Below are positions 57,001 through 64,000 of a stretch of DNA of 64,000 nt, one piece after another. The notes below the pieces were generated by a model. It was not told where the DNA came from and ran no database searches. It worked only from the letters and a program-made list of their open reading frames with translations. Position 1 is the first letter of the stretch. Each line of letters begins with the position of its first letter. Both the position numbers and the translations under genes were made by a program. The DNA lies in NCBI GenBank assembly GCA_044892525.1, contig CM097886.1, positions 34,410,001-34,474,000 of the forward strand, written 5' to 3'. This DNA comes from Schmidtea polychroa. Lineage: Eukaryota.

Positions 57001-60000
57001 GTTATCAGACAATGGGATTTGATTACTCCGCCACCAAGTGTCATCAAATATTAATCGGTTTTTTCAAATGTCTAAATACATTTAATATCTTACAAACTAG
57101 GCATATGAGAAACACACATAATCCCTGTGTTACTAAATAAGTGTAAACACAGTCAAAGTAGGCAATGGTATCTTATGACGGTAAGAGATTAAATGAAAAT
57201 AAATGATTTTTGGTTTCCGGATGACTATTCTTTTTTGTATGCCATAGCAAACTTTTACTATCTTTAAACATATTTGAATATGAGTTGATAATACACTTAG
57301 TTTGTAAGATAAAAATATATTTAAAAAGAGGAGTACAACATTTGAGTTTCTTGATTCAGTCTAGTAACGGAGGGGCTGGGTTCGATCCAGTATAGTGTCG
57401 AGTTTCTTTTATTGTACCGATGAAAGCCAAATAAGCTCAAAACTAGTTTGTTATTAAATATCGTCTTAAATATCATTTTGAAACTTTATTTGATCACTGT
57501 GGTTATAAATCAACACTTACCTTTGATTTCATGGAAGAAAAATACTTTACTGGCCTCTTTATTTTCAATTCTATCAGCCTGTTTTGTTTGATTTTGCATG
57601 TTTATATTTCCATTAATAGGTAGTTCTGTTTTTGGTAGAAATTCAGTATATTGTTCATTTCCATCTTTAATTGAATTGTGTTTTTTTGCTTTCAGCAAAA
57701 GCATAAATGGTGCTGGTATTAAAACACAAAACCCTTTTTTAATAATAAAGTGAGGTGTCAATAAATGTTATAATTACCCAGTATCAACCATCCGATCCAC
57801 CACGCTCCAATCCATTTTATGTCTTTCTGGCCAGGTGCATATTGACTGACCATAATCTGTAAACTTTCATGATATTTTAAAAGATGTGATCCAAGTAAAA
57901 ATCCAAACACTGGAGCACAAGTTCTCATTGCATATAAAATTCCTTGTTAAAAATTAAAAGTTATTTTTTATTATATATCCTTAAGTGAATACCATAAAAA
58001 ACTGAAATTTTGATTTTGGTAATACGTATAAATATGTTTCCTCAGAATTATTTATAAAGGATCTTATCAGAGCCGTGCCAAGTTACATTGGCGTCAGGGT
58101 ACCAGGTTAAAGTTGTCGCCACTAATAGCCTAAATTTATTTTAGTTTAAGGATTTTAAGGATTTTTTTAGTTTTAAGGATTCATCGAACTTTTGCCCAGG
58201 GTCATAGTTTTATAACATCCTGGCGACACAAACTAAACGGACAAGATCCTTTGAAGCCTGGTCATAATAATATCAATCATAGTTTTATATTTGTAGGACC
58301 AACGCTTGCAAATTAATATCGTAACATTAACAATGTATTTATTTACGTACATAAATATATAATATGCTTGCAAATCTTACCTATTTAATTAATAAGCACT
58401 TAGTTTAAACAATCATGAATGTAATTAAGGTCAGTCAATAAGTATTTCTTCAATAAACTATTTTCCACTGCCGTCCCAAGACGTGCCTGACACCCTCACA
58501 TAGCGCGCCCTGGGTCTTATTTGCATCCTTATTATAACCCTTAGTTAAATTAAGAAAACATCAAATTCTCAAAGGTCTTGTACATGAGTCATAGTAAATG
58601 AAAACTATCATCTAAACCTTGCTTACTTTAAAGGTCCTTTTCACATAGATTCTTTATCATTAAATTACAAGAAAATCTATTTAATCTTCGTTACGAAATT
58701 TTCTTTTAAGAGAAACGAGATACTATGTATTTTTGGGTTGGGGTTAATATAAAATTATAAATTAAATTAAATTAAAAAAGAATAAGTAAAGGGGAAAATG
58801 TTGGAAAATTGATGAAAACTTTCTGTGAGAATTTGATAATAAATAAATAAATTTTTATCAATTACATTTAATATTTTAAAATATATTTTTTCAAAAAAGT
58901 GCCAAATTAATTGTCAATTGATTAAGTCAACAGTTGGAATCAGATTTTTATATCAGTTTATATAATGAAGATCCTTACAAATGAGAGATAAATTTATCAA
59001 GGGTTTTGTCAATCACTAAGTTTTATCATTTAAAGGTCAATTTAAAATCACTTTTAATTAAATGAATTTTGGAGACATTTTTACTGATTATTTGAGTGAC
59101 AAGATTATTTTAAGTACGTTTATTGATTGGTATATATCATATATTAAAAAATAATAAATACTTAATTTTGTTANNNNNNNNNNNNNNNNNNNNNNNNNNN
59201 NNNNNNNNNNNNNNNNNNNNNNNNNNNNNNNNNNNNNNNNNNNNNNNNNNNNNNNNNNNNNNNNNNNNNNNNNNNNNNNNNNNNNNNNNNNNNNNNNNNN
59301 NNNNNNNNNNNNNNNNNNNNNNNNNNNNNNNNNNNNNNNNNNNNNCTGTTCAATTGCTATAATATTATTTGGAATAGTAAATTTTAATAAAAAGTAAAGA
59401 ACTATACTTTTTTAAGAATTTTATTATTTTTTCAAAATTAATTCACTTAAAGGAATAAATATTAATCGATTTATAGTCAGCGGTCTCAAATGGGAACAAT
59501 TAGAAATAATTACATATCTTACAGAATATTTTCAAATGGGCGCCAAAAATGCGCACAATTGAGAAATTTTTAACTTTTTTAAATTTAATATGTATTTCAC
59601 AGGTGTTATAGCCTATAGATTCTCTTGTAGATTTAATACATTGTTTATAAAGTCTGTGTCGTCTGCTATAAGTTGATATCTAATGAAAAAAAGATTTTAT
59701 GCCAAATATATTCATTCAGATATATATAAATATATTTTTTTTTATAAAAAAAATCATTATTAATTATTGGAAAAATAGTTTTAAGAAATGTTTAAAAATT
59801 GAACAATCAATATTTCTAGAATTCCAAATAAAAATGCAATAATAGTTAAATAAAAACAATAAATTATTGAACTGACTTTAAGTCATTTATCCAACTACAA
59901 TTTATATATTATATTATATTATTATATTATTATATTATTATATTATATTATATTATATTATATTTAACATTGGCCCATTGGCCTAAAAAGTTAAACTATT

Positions 60001-60624
60001 GAGAAATTTAACTTTATCAAATGTAAAAAATTATGAAAAAAATATTTTACCAATATATATGCCACTTTTTGTTGAACCTGTCATATCATCTATAAAACTT
60101 ATTCCTAAACTCCAAAACGGTGTCGATGCTACTCCATTGATAATTCCAGCAATCATTAAAACAAACATTCCTAGGGATTTTTCATGGGGACTAACTTCGC
60201 CATTTTGTTTGTCAATAGTGTTGACACGAAGCGTTTCTGTTGAATAATTTAAACAAAGTCCCTTTTGATCAGTAGTGTTAGCCCCTTGTAAAGATTTGGC
60301 ATCAAATTTTGAACCGAAAATAAAGTATGGCAATGAATATGTCATGCAGCTCAACCACAATCCAATTGAACTTAAACACAACATTACAGGCTGTCTTTGC
60401 TTCTTTGAACCGAAATATGCCACAAAAATGACAGACGTCAAATAACCAATATCATTTGCTCCGAGAAGTGCTCCCATTTCCATCGAGTTAAACTCAAATC
60501 TCTTTTCTATGGTAGTCAGAATCGCACTGATATATGTAACTGTCGCTCCTGAAAAGATCGAAAAAAATGCCATTACGACTATGGCAATTTTGGGATTTGT
60601 TATTTGAAATTTGGACAATGCCAT
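51092..60624 (-). CDS. Organic anion transporting polypeptide (SLCO/OATP family), multi-exon
   Basis: TIEKRF..GANDIG, PVMLC, ISFIDD, WIGAWW, Kazal-like CSDKCNC..EPVC..YFSPCIAGC, and DTAC..HCLIYD. Exons include 60624-60051, 57942-57778, 57733-57521 and a final exon 51213-51092; one exon probably lies in an N gap. Confidence 0.88.
59903..59964. repeat. (TTATA)n microsatellite
   Basis: About 12 tandem pentamers. Confidence 0.9.
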
Positions 60625-61559
60625 GGTCAGAACTTGGATTGTAAATAAGTGATGTTTTTTATTAAACTAGTTTTATTAAATTGTTGACCTTCATATTCAC
60701 TACCTGACATGAAAATGAATAGATTAAATTGTTACAAATAATTAAAATGAAAGGTACAATTAACATTTAATTATGTTTTTTTACTTAGTACAATTTGATT
60801 TTGTGAAATAAATAAATTTTGTTAATAGTCGAATTAATTTTCATATCACATGTTAGGAATGTAATAAACAAACCACTTCTCAAACCGACACCGATTTTAT
60901 GTCAAAAATCCAGATAATTATATCTTAACTTTGTTGGGTTAATAGTCAAACAAGAACACATTTATTTATCGAATGGTACACCAATACCTCAATTTGCGTC
61001 CATAATCAGTTCGGCACAAAACCTACGCAAACTGAAGAAGCATTTCTTATGTATTTTTCAGGTGAAATACTATTTGGATTTCAATTTCGAATTTTTATTT
61101 TAATTGTTTTACAATATTATTTTTTCGATATTTCATTAAAATTACTGAGAATTATGAACTAATGCAAACTTACAAATATAAACGTAATGAAATGTGAAAC
61201 AATTTAAACACAAACTGAAAACTGAGTGTCAGAATAATCTGCTACACAAGGTGAGGTGTTAATGTAATCTTATTTTACGCATTCTCCAGGATCATGGGTG
61301 TAGCTATGGAGAATAAGGAACATACCTCCCCCCAAATAAATTATAGATTATCAAATATAAATTAGGGATGAAATATTTGAATAAAACCTTTATTTTGGTT
61401 TTGTTTATGAGAATTGTATTAGAATAAAAAAACTAAAGAAAATGGACGAAGAACTTCACAATTTTAATAACCTAATTGATCAAAAAGATATTGATTGTAA
61501 CAAAAAAACTGCTTGATATGAGGTTAAGCTGTGGTACAAAAATTTTGAAGAAATTAAAA

Positions 61560-61790
61560 TAAAACTGACTACTGCTGTAGATACATTAGCAATATGGGAT
61601 CAAAATTTTTATAAAAATATTTATATTGTTCTCACAATATTTGCTACTTTGCCGGTATCAACTTGTACAGCAGAGCGTTCTTTTTCATCACTTAAATACC
61701 TGAAGTCATATTTAAGAAATACCATGGATGAAAAAAGTTAAACGGTTTGGCTTTTTTATATATTCATCAAGACATTAAAAGAAGTCTGGG
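61560..61790 (+). mobile_element. hAT transposase C-terminal dimerisation-domain remnant
   Basis: IFATLPVSTCTAERSFSSLKYLKSYLRNTM. Confidence 0.75.
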
Positions 61791-64000
61791 TGAAATATTT
61801 TCTGAATTAATGAAGAGACAAAGATGAACTAATATTATATTGTAATATATTCTGTAATATACATTGTTAATAATTAATAATAAATTTGTTAATTATCTTA
61901 AAATATTTTTTTCTATTTTTCCGTTTCAACTTTTAACATTGCTCGATGAATTGCAATAATTAATAATCCCCCCCCCCCAAAAAAAACTCGTTTATAAAAT
62001 TTTATTTGTATTTCTCTAGTTTTCTTGAGTTTTTTTGAGTTTTCTTTCACTTATTTTTTGTGTATCTGAACGCTATTTATGGATTCTTTTTATAGCTTTA
62101 GGATATTTTAAATGTTTGTCGATGGGACTAAATCTTGATCTGACTCCTCGTGTTCAGCAATCAAAGAAATAGAACTCAAATTCCAACAAAATCTTTATTT
62201 TCAAATTGCATAAACATTGTTATGTATTACAATAGCTGGGTAAAATGGTATCACCATAATAAATAAGTCAAAACACTCTTCTGAATCGTTCTCGTTCATC
62301 GTCTTTAATCCATTCTGATAAATTTAACTGTTTTCGCTTTATTTAATATGTTAAGTTTAATATAATTTTTCCATCTTCAACTAACTTATTCTTTCCGTAT
62401 TTGCTAGCTGATTATATAGTATTTCGGTGATCATTAATCTTTGCCTCGTCCGGCTGAAGAATAAGTTGATGATTCTCCTAATTACCGGCAACACATACAT
62501 CTGACAATTAACAGGGTATATTGAATAAGTTATTATCTTATCTTGGTTTTAGTCAACCCATTGATCTGACAATCAATTGGGTATCCTTTGATTAATGATT
62601 TTTGTTGAAACTTAATTAATTTAATTTTGGGCTTCTGACTCTTCTATAGACCTCTGATCAATTTGAAATTATTTTGTTCGTCTCCAGAATTTTATTTATC
62701 ACTTTTAACTCCCGAAAAATATTGATTTTTACTTTTTCCAAATTTTTAATTGATTTCGATAATTTGTGAAATTTTACATTTTTATTCCGCCTCTTTTGTA
62801 TGACCCCAACAATACAAAAATCATAATAATTACTATATAATATAAAACTAAAAAAACATTCCGTCTTATTTAAATATGCTTTTCCAATTATCTCAAGTAT
62901 TGATAACTAGTTTGAATATTATACTGTTTATTATATATATTTTTCTTTATATTTTTAAATATTTTTATTCTTTTGTATCATTTTTTATAATTTCTTTCCA
63001 ACAGATAAATTACTTTTTTAAACTTCATTATTTATTTATTTTATCCCAATTAAATAAATAATTTTTAATTTTTATAAATAATTAAACATACATGGCAATG
63101 ATTTAATTATAAGATAACGCCAATCAAACATTCTTTTCACGATACATTTCGACAGTTTTCCTGTCATCATCAGGTGGGATATAAAAACTATGTAAATTAT
63201 GAATTTTAAACAAATTTATTAATTTTATAAAAACTTTTTTATTTAATAAAAATATTTAATTATTTTTAAAATTTATAATTAAATTAATATATTATTTTTA
63301 AAAAATTTCTAAACATTCAAAATTTAATTTAATAATTTAAAAATTTTTTTATTAATTATTTAATTTAACACAACAATCAATACATACAATATACAAGAAA
63401 AAAATTATTTAAAAACATTTAAAATACAAGTATTCACTGCATTCTGCACATTAATTTTTAGATTCAATGACTTTATCAACAACGCCTCACAAATCACATG
63501 TTCCAATAATTATCAAAACTTTTTAATAAAATTTTAAAATCAGACATACCTATTTTTATCTTACAGCCTTCGGTCTACAATTATTAATTTTTATATTTAA
63601 TAATCTTATATTTTATTTAATTTAATCCCTAAAAAGTCAAAGAAATTGTTTGACAGAATAATAGTGTTATTTTCGATTAAAATTGAACAATAAAGTTTAT
63701 TAAAAATACAATGCTCTTCTCTTAAAAACTGCTTTTTCAATAAATTCCAATTATTCAAACAACAATAATTTTTTCACAATAATTACAAACAGTTTACTGA
63801 AATTGTGAAATTTGAAACACTCGACATATTGAAATTGGTCATGATAGATATGGGATGATTGAGTAAATATACTAATCAACCAAAAAGAAATTATTAATTA
63901 TATTTTTTTAGTATTTCGTTGGACATTTTCAGAATATTATCTTAAAAATACTTACACTTAAAATAGACGCAACCTAACGTCTTTTCGTCCATGCAGTCTT

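Noticed and set aside
1-64000. Species assignment (e.g. planarian or orthonectid) and naming the element Burro
   Set aside because: Composition and intron size are suggestive only; needs database comparison.

Overview
AT-rich animal genomic DNA with short host introns (38-51 nt) and several N gaps. The dominant feature is an intact, recently inserted 29,512-bp Ty3/gypsy (Metaviridae) LTR element on the minus strand (3936..33447). It has two 3,907-bp LTRs (only 2 mismatches seen by eye), TG..CA termini and a 4-bp CCTT target-site duplication. Its single 4,350-aa ORF reads Gag (3 CCHC knuckles) - three ubiquitin-like domains - Bcl-2-like domain - signal peptide + chuvirus-type envelope glycoprotein + TM - protease - RT - RNase H - integrase - duplicated ankyrin module, so Env sits between Gag and Pol. 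The element also carries an intronless TRAF gene, an IAP-type RING gene, an ORF inside the LTR, and several coiled-coil or membrane ORFs. Most accessory ORFs have an AG splice-acceptor-like site 1-11 nt before the ATG, and a putative spliced Gag N-terminus can be built from four 34-67-nt micro-introns. My inference is an enveloped, complex-retrovirus-like giant retroelement carrying an apoptosis/NF-kB-modulating cargo. Giant gypsy elements with long LTRs are known from memory (planarian Burro, plant Ogre), so novelty of the domain set needs checking. Host genes: MTERF3-like (partial), an orphan Cys-rich ORF, NUDT16, an aquaporin and an SLCO/OATP transporter, plus decayed MULE, hAT, Tc1 and gypsy fragments and MITEs. 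All domain calls come from reading motifs; no database searches were run.
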